From Raillietiella orientalis (lineage: Eukaryota), in assembly GCA_036172245.1 (NCBI GenBank), contig JAYWIR010000001.1, forward strand, positions 1,054,001 through 1,118,000: a stretch of DNA of 64,000 nucleotides, written 5' to 3'. Of the stretch, positions 63,213 through 64,000 are shown piece by piece (position 1 is the stretch's first letter; the number at the start of each line of letters is the position of its first letter). The notes beneath the pieces are model-generated. The model made no database searches and was not told the DNA's origin. It was given only the letters and a program-made list of their open reading frames with translations. The position numbers were made by a program, and so were the translations under genes.

Positions 63213-64000
63213 GTTTCGGGGCTGCCATCTTATGGAACTAAAAATTTAATCTCTTCACTCAGAAGTTCTTAACATACATGTACAAATCCATGCATTATTA
63301 TTTGATAGGGTACTTACTAACATAATAATGAAAGCATGTCAAAACGAATTAGAAAAAAACATTGCTATTCATGAAAATCCTAAAGAAGGCTAGAGTAGTT
63401 TCGTGCTAATCATACTATATCAATGATCCTGACGAAGTTTGATTTCTAGAGCGCGAAGCGAAAGCTTTTCGACTAGATTGGAGCACGAAACCGAATATTT
63501 CCCCATCTTTTCGGATTGGAATTAGAAAGAATGGAGAGGGAATGGGCAAGAATCGAGTCGTGGGAACCCTGATTCGGTAGTGCAGACTGAAGCGGCACGC
63601 CAAAAAACGTCAGTCGGAAGTGATCTCCAGAAGACATGAAGAACCATTTTGTTTCGGCAAGTGCCGCTCGATTCAAAGCTTGCAGAAGATCCCTCGTGCT
63701 TCTTAGCTGAAACTGCACAGCGACAAGGACTTCCTGCTTTTTTTAAAATGATGGTCTCATCCCTGGGATTCGTGAGACAAATCAGCATGTTCCGCTCCCG
63801 TTGAGCTCGGAACGAATCATGTTTTTCAAAAAAAAAAAACAAAAAACGGATCCACGCAAGCTCCTGCTCTTTCAGGTTCATTTGTTTACTTATCCTGTAG
63901 CAGGGGAATGCTACAGGATGAGTACAGAGCGGGAGCTCCTTGGAGAGACAGACTTCGAATCGGTGCGCCGAAGGCGGCGGTCGTCTGAGGTCCTGCGCTT

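Overview
Eukaryotic (probably invertebrate metazoan) genomic DNA. There is one intact host gene, a UBE4B/Ufd2 U-box ubiquitin ligase (minus strand, 10603-14719, about 1120 aa, mostly 39-57 nt introns), and one histone H2B pseudogene. The rest is a dense field of nested, decayed transposons: many L1/Tx1-like non-LTR relics (endonuclease, RT and C-terminal zinc-knuckle motifs), plus hAT, PIF/Harbinger, piggyBac, mariner, Tigger-like and Mutator-like foldback elements. The most unusual signal is a non-coding module of about 750 nt with a tRNA-derived head, a second T-loop motif, recurring hairpins and about 40-bp subrepeats. It occurs 8 times. In every copy where I could read the downstream sequence it is followed, in the same sense, by a LINE ORF2 remnant starting at a different point, which suggests an RNA that rides at the 5' end of LINE insertions. 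Also notable: LINE insertions with 14-17 bp target-site duplications (TSDs) that end in hairpins rather than poly(A), and a perfect 232-bp inverted identity tract between two otherwise decayed LINE relics. All TE assignments come from motifs read by eye in frameshifted sequence, and boundaries are approximate unless a TSD or terminal inverted repeat (TIR) is quoted.
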